From Selaginella moellendorffii (lineage: Eukaryota; Plantae; Lycopodiophyta), in the NCBI RefSeq assembly GCF_000143415.4, contig NW_003314376.1, positions 342,156 through 406,155 on the forward strand: a stretch of DNA of 64,000 bases, given 5' to 3'. The notes under the pieces were generated by a model. The model worked only from the letters and a program-made list of their open reading frames with translations, was not told the origin of the DNA and made no database searches. Positions 12,192 through 25,255 of the stretch are shown here, in pieces; the stretch's first letter is position 1, and each line of letters opens with the position of its first letter. The position numbers and the translations under genes were made by a program.

Positions 12192-12475
12192 GAGGTACTT
12201 TTCAGTTTCTTCGTTTCTTCGCACACATTTATAAAAGCTGTGCAAGTGATTGCGATGACTGTCCAAATCTAGGAAGGTACTTCGATGCTCTTTAGTGCTA
12301 GGCTGAGTTGGAACGCATCGCACGAGAAGAAAGCGGACGAGCATTACGCTCTTCTTTTGCATAAAAGGATGCGGCCACAGAGATGGTGTTGGAGGACGCA
12401 GAGAAAGTTGGTGCTCGCGATTCCTTGTCGGATGATACCAGATCATTCCACTAGGGAAGAGCAACCGATCATCGG

Positions 12476-14261
12476 ATGGCAAAGCTCGCGGGAACGATCG
12501 TTTGCTGCTACTGGATCATTGTGGTGGCCTCCTCGTCTCCCGCGATCGGAGTGAACTGGGGGACGTTTGAGTCCGTGAAGCTGGATCCCAGAGCGGTGGT
12601 GGAGATGCTCGAGGCCAACGGGATTGGAAGAGTGAAGCTCTTTGACGCGGATCCAGCGGTCGTGGGCGCTTTCAGGAACAGCAAGATCGAGCTCACGGTG
12701 GCGCTGCCAAACGAGATGCTGCGGCTGGTGGGATCGCTCCCGGCGGCGGCTCGCAATTGGGTTCGTAGGAACGTGACGCGCTACATCCGAGAGAACGTCA
12801 ATATCAAGTAAAAACTCTCTCTCGATCGATCATAGAGAAAGCTAGAAAAACAAAAGCTTGCCTGGATGGATCATGGCTGTTTGGCTGCTTGATCGATTGC
12901 TCCCAGCTTTTCTAGCATCTGGAACATAGATGAAAGTCGATGAGGGGTAACTTTAGCGTTTCTAGCATCTGGAAAGTCCATGAGTGGTTTTGTCTGATCG
13001 ATTGTTACCAGCTTTTCCAGCATCTGGAACATAGATCAAAGTCGATGAGTGGTAGCTTTGATCGATTACTACCTCGATTGATCGTCCAAAACTCTGTCCA
13101 TCCAGGTATGTAGCGATCGGCAACGAGCCCTTCCTCAAGAGCTACAATGGGAGCTATCAATCCTACACGTACCCAGCGCTGATCAACATCCAGAACGCGC
13201 TACGCGGCGGCGACGAAGGCACCCGCGCCGTCAAGGCAACCATCCCCATGAACGCCGACGTGCTGGCGGAGACCGTACCCATGATCCCATCTGGGGGCGC
13301 ATTCCGTACCGATGTGGCCGCCGAGATGAGCCGCATCGCCGCCGCGCTCGCCGATCACGCGTCGCCCTTCACGATCAACATCTACCCCTTCCTCAGCCTG
13401 GCGCAGGATCCATTCTTCCCCAAGGAATTCGCCTTCTTGGACGGCGCCGCCCCGCCGCTCGTCGATGGCGATCGATCCTACTCCAACGCCTTCGCCGCCG
13501 CCTACGATACCCTAGCCGCGGCGCTCGCGAGGATCGGCTTCCCGGACATGGCGATCGTGGTGGGAGAGATCGGCTGGCCGACCGAGGGGCATCCCGACGC
13601 CACCGCTACAAACGCTCAGCGATTCAACCAGCGGCTCGTGGATCACATCCTGGACGGCGCCGGGACGCCGATGCGCGCGGGGCCGATGGAGATTTTCCTC
13701 TTCGCGCTGCTCGACGAGGACCAGAAACCTATCGCGGCTGGAAACTTCGAGCGCCACTGGGGAATCCTCGCATCCGACGGGGCGGCAAAGTACACGCTCA
13801 ACCTAACAGTTTTGGGCGGGACAAATTCAAATTCAAATTCAAATTTGAATTCTTCCCGCCCGGCTATGGCGATGGACGGGGTTAGGGTTCGTCGCCTCCC
13901 CAGCAAGTGGTGCGTGCTCAATCCCGACGCCGATGTCACGCTCGTCGGCCAGAACATGGAGTACGCTTGCAGCTTCGCCGATTGCACGCCGCTCATGTAT
14001 GGGGGATCGTGCAACGAGATTGGCGGCGATGGGAACGCTTCCTTCGCTTTCAATAGCTACTTCCAGATCAATCAGCAGGAGCGCCACTCCTGCCACTTCG
14101 ATGGATTGGGGACAATCACCAAAGTGGATCCATCGCTGGGATCTTGCGTCTTCCGGATTGGAATCCAGTCGGCCGCCACCAGGAGGAGCCAGAGCTGGAT
14201 CACAGCAGTAGCTTTAATCTTTCCTCTCTTTTCCTCGCAAATACTTACATCGCTTCCTTGA
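12476..14261 (+). CDS. GH17 beta-1,3-glucanase with X8 (CBM43) domain and probable GPI signal; exons 12476-12807, 13106-14261
   Basis: Signal peptide, IGVNWG, VKLFDAD, YVAIGNEP, GEIGWPT, FERHWGI, X8 domain (WCVLNP..YACSFADCT..SFAFNSYFQ..C.F.G) and a hydrophobic C-terminal tail. Confidence 0.95.
12890..13067 (+). repeat. Three imperfect tandem repeats inside the glucanase intron
   Basis: Core TTTCTAGCATCTGGAA...AAAGTCGATGAG is repeated at ~12908, ~12959 and ~13014. Confidence 0.75.
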
Positions 14262-14306
14262 AAATCGATCACTTCCATCCCCTCTCCTCTCGCGATCGCT
14301 CAAACA

Positions 14307-15948
14307 TCAAAATCTTTCCAGCTTCCAGAGGGCGATGAGAATCGCGCTCGCCGCAACCAGCAAATCTCTGATCGAGTAGCAACCATTTCTTCGTGATCCA
14401 CCGGAGCTCTCACTGCTGGTGCTGTTGCTGTTGCTATCACCACCGCTAGAACCAGGCGAGCGAGGCGAGGTCGACGATGAATTTGTGGTGGCGATCTGGA
14501 TCTTAAACTGGCACGTCCCGGACGAGGGGCTGGTCTTGGTGATCGTCGCCAAGCCATCGAAGTAGCAGCTCGTGTTGAGTTGATCGTAGAGCTGATAGTA
14601 ACTGTTGAAAGCATACGAAGCTTTCGCGTCACTACCCATCCCATCACACGAGCTGCCGGGGACGATCGACGTGCAATCCGAGTGAGAGCACGCATAGTCC
14701 ATGTTGTTCCCCAGTCTGGCGATATCACCGCTCGGATCCAGCACGCACCACTGCCGGGGAAGATACTTGACACTGCTCGCGTTCACCAAGTTGGCCGTCA
14801 CGTTTCCACTGCCTTGAAGATCTAGCCTGTACTTGGCCTTGCCATCGTAGCCGAAGATCCCCCAGTGCCTCTCAAAGTTTCCTGGCAAGATGGTCTTTTG
14901 ATCCTCGTCGAGAAGGCTGAAGAGGTAGGCCTCGAGCGGAGGCCTCCTCAGCGGCGTGCCGGACTGTAGGACGTGACGGATGAAAGCCTGGTTGAATCTG
15001 ACAGCGTTGGCGACGTTGGCGTTTATGTCCCCGTCGGTCGGCCACCCGATCTCTCCGATGATGATCGTCATGTTGGAATAGCCGGCTTTCGTGAGAGCTG
15101 CCACCAGCAGATCATAGCTCGCGTCGAAAACGTTGGTGTAGCTGAGGTTGCCATCCACTAGCGGGAAGTCAGTGCCGTCGAAGAAAGCGAAGTCCCTTGG
15201 AAAGTGTGGGTCTTGCTGGAGGCTGAGGAACGGATAGACGTTGATAACGAAGGGCGCGTTGTGCTCGCCCAAGGCTTCCACAACTTTGAGGACCTGTGGT
15301 GCTATGTCTGGACGGAAAATCCCTCCTGAAGGTAATGTCGAGTCGCCATTGCTAAGAACGTCCCCGTTCAACGGTATAGTGGCCTTGATGCTCTCACCCA
15401 GTCCTGCACTTACCAGGGCATCCTGGACGTTTTTCAGTGCCGGGTACGCCAAGTTGTCATAGCTTCCATTGTACGCCTTGAGAAATGGTTCGTTTCCTAC
15501 GGCCACGTATCTGCAAGTAGCTATAGTAATATAAACATGATCTGTGTCTCACGACAAAACAATGACGAAACACTTACTTTATCTTGACCCCATTCTTCGC
15601 TGTCCTGTATCGAGTGACATTTTTACGCACCCAGTTCCGAGCCGCTGCAGGAAGTGTAGCAACCAGCTCCAGCATCTCGTTTGGAATTGCTATCATCAGC
15701 TCCATATCTGTTCCCCGAAGCGACTCCATCACTCCAGGATCTGCATCAAACAGCTTCACCTTGGAGATCCCATTCGCTCGAAGCATCTGGACAACGGTTT
15801 TGTTGGGAAGCCTGTGAGATGCCATTGTCCCCCAATTCACACCAATCCCTGCAGCCTCCGAGTGCCTTGAGTTGCACCACACCATGCACAACAGCAGTAG
15901 CTGCCACCACCGCTGCAGCCGGAGCGAGGGGCTCCGTCTCGAAATCAT
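14307..15948 (-). CDS. GH17 beta-1,3-glucanase with X8 domain and probable GPI signal; exons 15948 (or 15999)-15578, 15510-14307
   Basis: Same motifs (IGVNWG, VAVGNEP, GEIGWPT, FERHWGI, X8) and the same intron position as the neighbouring gene, followed by a Ser-rich linker and hydrophobic tail. Confidence 0.95.
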
Positions 15949-16476
15949 CCCGGTGGGCTGCAAACTGCTGTTACGCTTGTTACGCTTGTTCCTCTTCATG
16001 CGCTTAGAAACGCTTCAGGGAGGAGCGTTTGGAAGCCTGAACGCGAGAGGGACAGCGAGCCTGCATCCAACGCATCTGTCAGAAATCCGGGCGATGGATC
16101 ACCAACCGTGCATAAAAAAAAAAAACATGCTACCTTGTCTGATATACTTACGGCCACGCTAAGTAGGTGCCTTGTTGCGTTGTCGTCTTCGGAGAACAAT
16201 GAAGGAAGGAAGAGTTTCAGTCGTTGACGACTCCATTGAGCCTGTCCATGGTGCAAAATTTCCAGAGTCAGGGAATTTGTAAGGCGTCTTAAATCGGACA
16301 AGCGAGCGGTCTACGTCAAAGGCACCCACCTCTTCTGCGCGCGTTCACATGACTCTCTGTGCGCCTATATGGAGAGCATCCATGCGTCCTTGCAGAAAAG
16401 TGGCTTCCAAGGGAAGCATTCAGTTCAGTGCGCCACGTAGAATAATAAACAAACTGGACTAGGAACCTGAGATAAT

Positions 16477-17713
16477 TTACCGATTTTTCAAGGAATCGGC
16501 ATTGAACTTCAACTCCTGGAACATCCTCGTCACCCAGTTAGCGTTGCTCGAGGAAGACCCTTTGGCTTGCTTAAGAATAAGCCGGAGTTTCTCGTAAGAA
16601 GGCTTCTCAGGCTCGACAGCGATGCACTCGCTTTCGCCAGAGCCATCCGTGAGGAAGACCTGGATGTCATTCATAGCACTCGTCAACACAAGGAAAAAAA
16701 CATGGAGAAAGGAAACGGAGAACGACGTACAACCTGCCAGCTTCCTGGATGTCTTTTAAAAATCTTCACGTTGTCTCCTAAGATTCGGAGCTGCTGCAAG
16801 TAATAAACCATAGAAAAGCTCTTGACGAAGTCCTCTTTCAGTTTCTTCTGTCCTCCAAACCCAAAGTCGGAGATCACCTGTGTGAAAAAAGATCAACAAG
16901 AGCTCGAAAAGCTTTCAAACAGCTAGCTTACTTGCCCGTCTCGCCACTCGGCATTCATAAGTATAAGAGGCCGATCGATATTCCTGCTTGCCATTTCCTG
17001 GATAACATCCAGCGTCTCCGCTGTTGGAAACAGTACCAAAGCCACCTGGATGACAATGGAATCGATCCGATCAGACCAAAACTTAACGCTCTAGAACTCT
17101 TACATTTTTTTTCTCCCAAGCACCCACGGCATCTCCTTCGTCGATGAGGTATTTTTTGAGCTCGCCACCGCTAGAACTTTCATTCTCAACAGGAGTGATC
17201 CTCGAGAGAAGAGACGAGACCATCGGTGCCGCAGCCTTGAATCGCTGCTGGATTCCTCCCTAGCAAAGCACAGCACACTAGTCCACAGCATGAGCAACGA
17301 AAGAACAAACGAGAGAACTTACGGGCCAATCGTCGAGGTCGGTAGCTCCGATCAATGGAAGCGGCATTTCAAGTTGGAGACGCTTGGAACCATCTCTCAT
17401 CGCTTGCTTGCACGCGATTCTTGCCTGGAATGTGAGGAATTCCTCTCCATTCTTCCCAAGAACAGCAACACCTACCTGATCAATGCTCTCCTCCAGAGTA
17501 TCCGGCAGTGGGAAGATTCTTGGCGGCGCTCCAGCCTAGAGCACGCAAACAAGGAAATCGCATCGACTAGATGAAACAGCAGCAAAAAACCTGAGAAGAA
17601 TCCTGGGCCGCATTTCTCACTGGTCGATGCTTCCTCTGGAGCTGGTGTGGCGGCGCGGCGCCTATCGATCGCGCCACGATCCACGACGATCGCTCGAGTC
17701 CTAGAAGAATCAT
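16477..17713 (-). CDS. DUF1995-family protein, probably plastid-targeted (7 exons)
   Basis: The spliced product reads MILLGLERSSW..RNAAQDSSQ|AGAPPRIFPLPDTLEESIDQ|ARIACKQA..RLQLEMPLPLIGATDLDDWP|GGIQQRFKAA..|VALVLFPTAE..RPLILMNAEW|..DFGFG..FVKSFSMVYYL..KRHPGSWQ|VF..KPSY. All introns are GT-AG. Confidence 0.75.
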
Positions 17714-17779
17714 CGGCAAAATATTTTGGCCTAGGGTGTAGAGAGGAGAGCTAAGAACCCTAATATTTCTTGGGGAGCT

Positions 17780-18470
17780 ATGGCGGGCGCGTCGGCCGCG
17801 GGCGTGATGGAAGAGGTGAGCAAGCTGAGCGTGGATCAGATCCGGCAGGTCAAGGATCAAGTGGATGGCGAGCTCAGCGTGCTCCAAGACAGCGTCAACA
17901 ACATAAGAACTGCAGCGAATCGATTCGAGATGGCTGCCAAGGCGCTCCAAAATCTCTCGCAGCATCCCAATGGTGGGAAATGTAGCTAGGAGCGCGATGA
18001 AAATGCTCTAACTCTCTCTCTTTTCGATCAATTCAGGCAAGAAGCTCCTGGTTCCACTCACGGCATCGCTCTACGTTCCTGGAACGCTTCAAGACGTTGA
18101 GAAAGTTCTTATAGACGTTGGAACAGGCTACTACATTGAGGTATGGAAGTTTTTCTCTCTTCTTTCTAGAGTTTCTAGCCTCGTTTTTTCTTTCCACGAG
18201 AGATCATCGCAAGTTCTCCTGTCGTGTCTAGAAATCTGTCACCGATGGGAAGGATTACTGCGACCGCAAAATCAACTTCTTAAAAGCCAACCACGAGAAG
18301 CTGATGGAGGTAAGCTTTTTCCTTGTTTCTCTTTTGTTCTTTCTTCGTGTCCGATGCGAGATTTTGTTCTTCTGGAACTCGAACAGGTAGCTTCCGAGAA
18401 GAGGAATGTGGCCGAGCAAGTCAATATGGTTTTGCAAGCCAAGCTACGCCAAGTGATGGCCTCGAAGTAA
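17780..18470 (+). CDS. PFD5: Prefoldin subunit 5 (alpha type), 4 exons
   Basis: [27 protein letters not shown]|[12 protein letters not shown] is diagnostic. Stop TAA is at 18468-18470. Confidence 0.95.
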
Positions 18471-19631
18471 CTTCAAACAAGACCAGGATCAGCCAGGAAG
18501 CTCTTACTTTTTCTACTTTTGACGCTTCTCACGAGCGATCATTTGCAAACTCTTGGAAGTTTTCGACCAGCGTGAAAACACCGAATGCTCTTTTGATTCA
18601 ATCCAGGCGCGGCTGGCTGGAAACTCTTATTACAACAAACCCGATTGTCACTACTACGTTCTACGCTCCACCACCCGCGACAAAGCGGAGAAGAGAGAAT
18701 CTCTCCTCCATGATCGCACAACGCGGCATGTATACGAATCGAGATCGCGGATGGTGGTGCACAGCAGCAAGAGTGTCAACAAAGGGGGCCAAAATGAACG
18801 AATATTTGCAACTTTTGATGGGTGTCGGTGACTATAGAGAAGGGAAAAAAAAACGTATTTTTTCTGCCAAGAGATGAAAAGAGATGATAATGCCCGATGA
18901 TGCTCGATCATGGTGGTGATGAGAGAAGAGTGTAGTGGAAGCAGCAGCAAATCTCTCCTTCCAATCCAACACTAAACGAGAGAGAAGATTGATCATGAGA
19001 AGAGAAAGCCAGGAAGAAGATAGATAAACAAAGTGGTGGAAAGGAGAAGAGAGAAAGAAAAGAAAAAAGTGTGGTGTGAGGGAGTGATGGATGGAAAACG
19101 AAAGGGGAGGAGGAGTGATGATGAATGCAGTGGCAGTAGCAGCAGTGGCAGTGGCAGCAGCAGCAAGAGCAGCAGATCTAACTTTTGTTTCGGGCTCGCA
19201 CCTCTTGATGTGGACGCCACAGCGGTTGGTTGCCACGAAACCAAAATCGCTTTGTCTTCCCTTGCTACTGCTTGCTGGCTGATGATGACGATCGGTGATC
19301 CAACCTGGTTATCGATCGGTGGGAAGGAAGAATCGCTCGAAAACGCTGCTCCAACCACCGAAGAGCCTTTTTGCGGGTGAGAGAACTTTGGCAGCGAAGC
19401 AGCATTGTCTCCCCCCTCCAGATCTAGAAATTGTCACCACCTGCTCTCGGCTCTCGATCCAATCGATGCTATGCCACTGCTCCCACTCAATCCATCAGGA
19501 AAAACCACTCTTTTCCTTGGCTTGGCGCTGGAATTTGGACGGGGATCTCACCCAATGGCGTATAGGACAGAACTCTCGCAAAACTCCCGGAAGAAAGAAG
19601 AACGAAAGAATCCCTCGAGTGTGGCCTGCTA

Positions 19632-21278
19632 CTACCTAGACGATCGAGAGTCATCTCGGCTACTATCTGGCTGTTGCTGCTGCTGCTGCTGCTGCGATTG
19701 CTGCTGCTGCTGCTGTTGGTGCTGCTGCATTTGCTGCTGCTGTTCTTGCGGATCGTGATGCCCGCCTCGCGTACCGTAGGGGCCGCCCTGGAACGCCGCC
19801 AGCATCCCCAGATGGCTGCTCTCCGGCGGCTGCTGGCCAAGGAGCATCGACGTGAGTTGTCCCAAGTGGTGGCCGCCGCCGCCGCCGCCGGTACCGCCCG
19901 GCTGTAAGTCGAGGCCCGGCAGTATCCGCGGCGGCATGATCGTCACGCCGCCGGGCAGCACGGACCCCGTTAGCGGCATCATCGGGCTGCCCTGTGTCAC
20001 TTGCTGTGCCGTGCGGTACAGCTGCGACGCGCCGCCGCCGCCGGCCCCACCGCCGGCGGTATTAAACGTCCAGATTGCCTGCTCCGCCACGCCGCCGCCG
20101 CCGCCGCCGCCGCCAGTGGGCAGCATCCAAAACGCGCTGGGCACCATCAATCCCTGCTGCATTGTCTGGTGCTGCTGCTGCTGGGTGGATCGCCCAGCGG
20201 CGCTGGGGCTCCGGCCGAGCGTGATTCCCTGGGGATCCGGGGGATCCCTCAGGCTGCTCAGCAATCCCCGGGGACGTTTGCGGTAGTGGCCGCTGCTCTC
20301 GGGGCTGCCGCTACCGCCGCCGCCATCGCCACCGCCACCACCGCCGCTACCGCCCTCGTCCACGTCCCCAGCGCTGCCCAGTAGCCCCTCGTGCTGGAAG
20401 CCCACGACCAGCTCCTCCCCCGGCTGCCCTAACAGCCCGGATCGCAGCCTCGTCTCCTCGCTACTCTCGGTCGCCCACCCCTGTGCCGCGGCGGCCCTAG
20501 CGGCGGCGGCGGCGGCGGCGCTTTGCTGGCGGAGCTGCTCTAGCCGGTGCTGGTGCCCCGCCGCCGCCGCGAGCTCCGCCGCCTCCCGCTGCTGCTGCCC
20601 TAGCGCCGCCAGGCCGATGGAGGTGTGGAGGCTGGCGGATCTCCCGGAGCCGGAGCTCCGGAGCGAGCCCTGGAGCGTGGCGGCGATGGCGGGGATGGTG
20701 CCCGTGCCCGTGGCGGCGATGATGGCCGGCTCCGCCTGCTGGAGGAGCCACTCGATCGTCTCGCCGTCGGACTTGTTGCCCAGCTCGCGCGTGAGCTGGA
20801 ATATTCGCGCCGCGCACACCGCCGGCATCCGGATCCTCCGCCCCCGCCCCTCCACCTTGGTGTGCCGGTCCTTGGTGCTAGCGCGCTTGGATGGCGGCGT
20901 CGTGGGCGGCGCTGCCGCCGCCGCCGCCGCTTGTTCTTGAGCTTCTCCCCCGCCGCCGGCCTTCCCAACCGCTATAGCCGACGCCGCGGCTCCTGCTCCT
21001 CCTCCTCCCGGCTGCTCCGCCGATGGCCCCATTGGAGATTCGTGCTGGGAGCCTCCCATTGCCGCCATTGCCTGAGCGATAGCTCCGCCTTGCGCAGCGG
21101 CAGCGGCGGCGGCGGCGGCTTGAGCTTGCAATCTATAGCGTTGCTGTTGATGCTGCTGCTGCTGGTAGAATTGCTGCTGCTGCTGCTGCTGCTGTTGCTG
21201 TTGCTGCTGCTGCTGCTGGGAGGACAATCCACTCTCCGAGCTTTGGGAGTCGGATTTGCCATGGCTGGCAGGATCCAT
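19632..21278 (-). CDS. Class I TCP transcription factor with poly-Gln/Ala/Gly tracts
   Basis: [63 protein letters not shown] is the class I TCP domain. Likely start is MDPASH (21278); the frame stays open up to an ATG at 21671. Confidence 0.95.
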   Translation of the reverse strand: MDPASHGKSDSQSSESGLSSQQQQQQQQQQQQQQQQFYQQQQHQQQRYRLQAQAAAAAAAAAQGGAIAQAMAAMGGSQHESPMGPSAEQPGGGGAGAAASAIAVGKAGGGGEAQEQAAAAAAAPPTTPPSKRASTKDRHTKVEGRGRRIRMPAVCAARIFQLTRELGNKSDGETIEWLLQQAEPAIIAATGTGTIPAIAATLQGSLRSSGSGRSASLHTSIGLAALGQQQREAAELAAAAGHQHRLEQLRQQSAAAAAAARAAAAQGWATESSEETRLRSGLLGQPGEELVVGFQHEGLLGSAGDVDEGGSGGGGGGDGGGGSGSPESSGHYRKRPRGLLSSLRDPPDPQGITLGRSPSAAGRSTQQQQHQTMQQGLMVPSAFWMLPTGGGGGGGGVAEQAIWTFNTAGGGAGGGGASQLYRTAQQVTQGSPMMPLTGSVLPGGVTIMPPRILPGLDLQPGGTGGGGGGHHLGQLTSMLLGQQPPESSHLGMLAAFQGGPYGTRGGHHDPQEQQQQMQQHQQQQQQQSQQQQQQQQPDSSRDDSRSSR

Positions 21279-22159
21279 ACGCTGCCGAGGAGCCCCTAAA
21301 TTCTTGCGACTAGCTCGACCACCACCACCACCACTCTCCTCCTGTTCCTCCTCTTCCTGTTCGTCCTCTTTCTCTACAACTACGAACGCGATCCAACTCT
21401 GTACCGCATGAACTACAGAGACGATGACGATGGTGACGCTCAGGCATCCAGGCACGAATCGGAGCAAATCCTCCACTGTTCCTCCGCCGCCTCTGGAATT
21501 CGCCGCCCCGCCACGCCCGCACCCCGCTCGCTCGCCTCGCCTCAGCAGATGCCAGCAGAGGGCAAATCCCCGAGCATTGCCCCGCCAATTCCTCCGCTCC
21601 CGCGCGGCCTTGACGGATCCTCCCGGGTGTAGCAATGCTGCTCCTCCTGCGTCACCGCCGGCGCGCCTCATGCTGCCTGGTTTCCGGGCGGATTGGCGAG
21701 CTAGATCCGAGCGAGCGGCGGCGGCAGCAGCGACATTTGCAGCCCACCCAGCCGCTGCCCATCAGAGCCCCTTGGTGTAGCGCAATTCCCCTCAAGTGCC
21801 CATCACTCCAATCGATGTATCCGGGCCAGTGTTCTTGGAAGAAGCGCGAAAGAGGAAGGAATTCGCCCAAGACGCTCCAACAAGGAGAGGGGAGGAGACA
21901 AGAGCGAGCGACCTGTCACTGTTAAACCCCCGCTATTGTGGTTTGGGAGAAATCCAGCCATGGCAAACCTCCATCAACCTTAGATTCTCGTCAAGGACCA
22001 CCTTGCTAAATCGATGGAAAATCCAACTCTCCCCCCTATGGCACTTGGCTGCCCGAGCGGTGGATGGATCCAGCAAAAGCTTCCTTGATGTAAGCAATCA
22101 AACCGCCTAAAGTTCCCTCCTATAGAGGCTAGAACTCCTCCGTGCTGCTGTTCTTCCCG

Positions 22160-23600
22160 GAAGAAGAGAGTGAGGAAGAGAGAGAAAGAGAGTGAGAGAG
22201 AGAGAAAGAGAGAGAGCTCTTCACTGGCAGTGTGAATATCTCAGGGGTCGTGGCTTTGTTTGGCTCTCGTTCTCACAAAAGAGAGACAAAGGCGACGACG
22301 CGACGATCCGGGCCCATAGCCTCTCCTCGTCGCAGCGCTTCCATTTCCATCACTTCAATCAACAGTCGTCGTCATCGCCGATCGGGCCCAGCACCACTCT
22401 CTCTCCCTTTTTGCCGCCTGCAATCGATCGACCGATGGATGGATGATCGGCCCCTGTGACAGCGATCCCGCGACCCGGGAGGAAGCGCTAGAATTGGCGA
22501 GAGAGAGAGAGCGCTAGATCAAGCGTAGGAGGAGTGAAGATCTCTCTCTCTCTCTCTCTCTCGCACCTCTAGCGACTGTAGATGATAACATGTAGATGAA
22601 TCGGGAAGAGAGGAGGAATGGTTGGGTTGGGTGGGCGGATCGCCCGTCGTCCCGTCGTTCTTCGTGTTTTTTGGAGGGACCCAAGGCTGGCCTGCCTGTG
22701 ACCTCCCAACCCGACGCGACGCTACTCTCTCCTCCTCGCGATTTCTTTAATGCTTCTCTCTTTCTCTCCCTCCTCCCTCTCTTCCCCTGCTTTTTAGCCC
22801 CGGACAAAAAACCAAAAGCTTGCCTCGATCGAGCACGAAATGTTTCTCTGCAGCGCGATTGGGATTGATGAATCCTGCTAACCGATGCCTTTTGTAGAGA
22901 GCATCTGGGAGAAGATCAATCGATCGCCGCCTCGATCGCTCGCCCGCTCGATCGATCGCGCGATGATCAAAAGACTAATGGCTATTTAGCACAGAAATCC
23001 ATCCCGTGCGCCACGTGGCGCGATGCCATTCGCGCCCAGCCCGACCAAAAAGCAACGCGGCCAATCCCGGATTAATAGACGCTCTCCCGCTCGGCTATTA
23101 CCGGCCAATGATTTACCGTTTCAAGGACACCAACGGCCACGATCCGGTCGCATCCAAGGCGTAGGATCTCCCACGTGGACGCGCGTCACCACTGCGTCAC
23201 TCACGCCCGGGTGAAAGAAAGACGTGAAAGACACGGATTTACCCGTCACATTTACTGCGGCGGCGCGCGCGCGCGCGCTCGCTCGCTCGCCCGATGAAAT
23301 AAAAGAAGCTAGCTTACCTTCGCTTCTTCTTCTAGTAGGTGCCTTTAACCTTTTACTTTTACCCGAATTACAGTTGCCAAAGGTTGACCTGTAATGGTTT
23401 GTCCTATGTGTATGGCCAGGGGTTAAGCGCTGGACGGCTGCGATGCGATCGATCGGTGACCATGGTATCGTGTCGTGATCCCTTTGTAGCTGGCGGGCTT
23501 GGCTGGCTTTCTATTTAAACTACCGGGCCTTTGTTGCTTAGCCATTGGCCGATTATATTCGTTTGATTGGATTCGAACCCACCAATGGCAACGACACGGC
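22160..23600. promoter_or_regulatory. GC-rich upstream region of the TCP gene with GA tracts, G-boxes, CCAAT and site-II-like motifs
   Basis: GA/CT tracts at 22160-22217 and 22499-22562, GGGCCCA at ~22310 and ~22384, GCCACGTGGC at 23010-23019, CCACGTGG at 23171-23178, and several CCAAT/ATTGG. There is no credible ORF. Confidence 0.4.
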
Positions 23601-25255
23601 CAAAAAAAAAACAGGAACAAAACGGGTCGGGTGGGGGGATAGAAATAATTTGGGGGAATTCATCCAAAACGATGCCCGCTAGCGCTGATTTGTCGGTGGA
23701 GGGAGCCTTGATTCATACATTCCATCAAATTCTTGTATGTAGGGTTTTGGATGGTAAAAAAAAGTTAGGGGAGAAAATGCCCGGGCAACAACTTCCCGGC
23801 ATCATTCGCCACTACTTTACTTGGGCACTAGCGATCAATCGAATCAAGAGAAAAGAAAGATAAAAGAATTGGGTGCAAGGGGCTGGATCTATGATCGATC
23901 GTGGGTGGTGGAATGCCAGTGGTTATAGGTATCGCGGGGATCAATTAGTTTGCCCGCAAGCTTTTGGTTGAATACGACTTAATCGCTCGTGATCCTTTTT
24001 CTACCTCGCTGCGCTCGAGAATAGACAAAGATTTGCTCGTTTGGCCCCAAGCACGCCGTACACCGCCCGTACGCGTATAAGCTCCCGGAATTTCAACGCC
24101 CGTGCTGGTGCTTGTCGCAAAACTTCTCTCGGAGTTGAGGTCGCTTTGATCGAAGGAAAGGTTTAAAACCTCGGATTTGTCTAAGCGGGCGGAGAAACTC
24201 GAAACAGTTGTTTTGTTCCTCGAGCCGGAGGGTGGAAATTCTTTCCCAGTGGATTCCCAACACCGCTTCCATCGCTGGGCGAGCGAGAGAATGGTTCCAG
24301 CTTCCATGGTTGGGTTCGTGGCTCTCTATATTCTACGCTACTTATGCAGCTAGATGTGGAGGAATATTTGATTTGCTTGGCAAAAGTTGGCATCAATCAA
24401 TCAAGCTGAGTGACATCATGCCGAGTGGCGAATAAACAAACGCCACAAGTCAACAGCATGTAATATACTCGAGGAGACAATGAATCCAAGATGCTTGGCA
24501 CTAAGCAGTTGTTTAAGGAATTCTAGCCAGGGGGTGATGAATCGAGGCAATGTTTAAATCATGAAAAAGTGGTTAGTGAGTCAATTTCATATTTATGCTT
24601 TTTATTTCCTGGCCACAATATTATGATTTTAACGAAATAGACATAGACATTGGACATTATAGTAGAGCATTTAAGACTGTTATTACGTTTTAGCACCCAG
24701 CTAGAAGCACAGGATTGAGACTCCAAAGATTATAATGGTATATAACAATATCCTGCCTGAAAAGATCTAAAACTATCTTGGTAGAGATCTTTTTCTTGGT
24801 AGAGATCAACAAAAATGCGTGCTTGTTCTTGGATTTATAGAAAAGCTCTTGCACTGCGGTCCTAGCTACGAAGCGATTGGATCGATATGAGTGGAAGGAG
24901 TGATGGAGGACAGAATTACAAGGGAGTGGCGCTACTGCGCTCTGGCGGAGCTCCGCGGAGGAGAGCGCGCGCGCCCACTGCCACACTGCGCCACTGCCGC
25001 TGCTGCTACCAACAAAAGGGTTTTTTGGTACTCTGCCACTGGCGCCAGAAAAGCGCTGGAAGACGATCAATCGCAATTCACAAGACAAGCTCCTCTTCGC
25101 ATCTTTTCCCCCTTGACTCGAAAAATTTTGAATTTTGGCGGTGTCAGCTTTTCAATTCTGGAGAATATTCGCTAGGGCATGCTTGCGTGGCCTTCCCGCC
25201 CCGTCGGCCGCCACGTGGCGTCGTGTGGATAAGATCCTTGTTGTTCTTGGCGGCT

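Noticed and set aside
21279-21671. In-frame 131-aa N-terminal extension of the TCP with a hydrophobic stretch (membrane-tethered TF idea)
   Set aside because: GC-rich DNA stays open by chance, and the hydrophobic part coincides with pyrimidine-rich AG acceptor-like sites. A 5' UTR intron is more likely; this cannot be excluded without cDNA.
21280-24880. miRNA precursor in the long non-coding region upstream of the TCP gene
   Set aside because: No conserved mature miRNA or clear long hairpin was recognised by eye.
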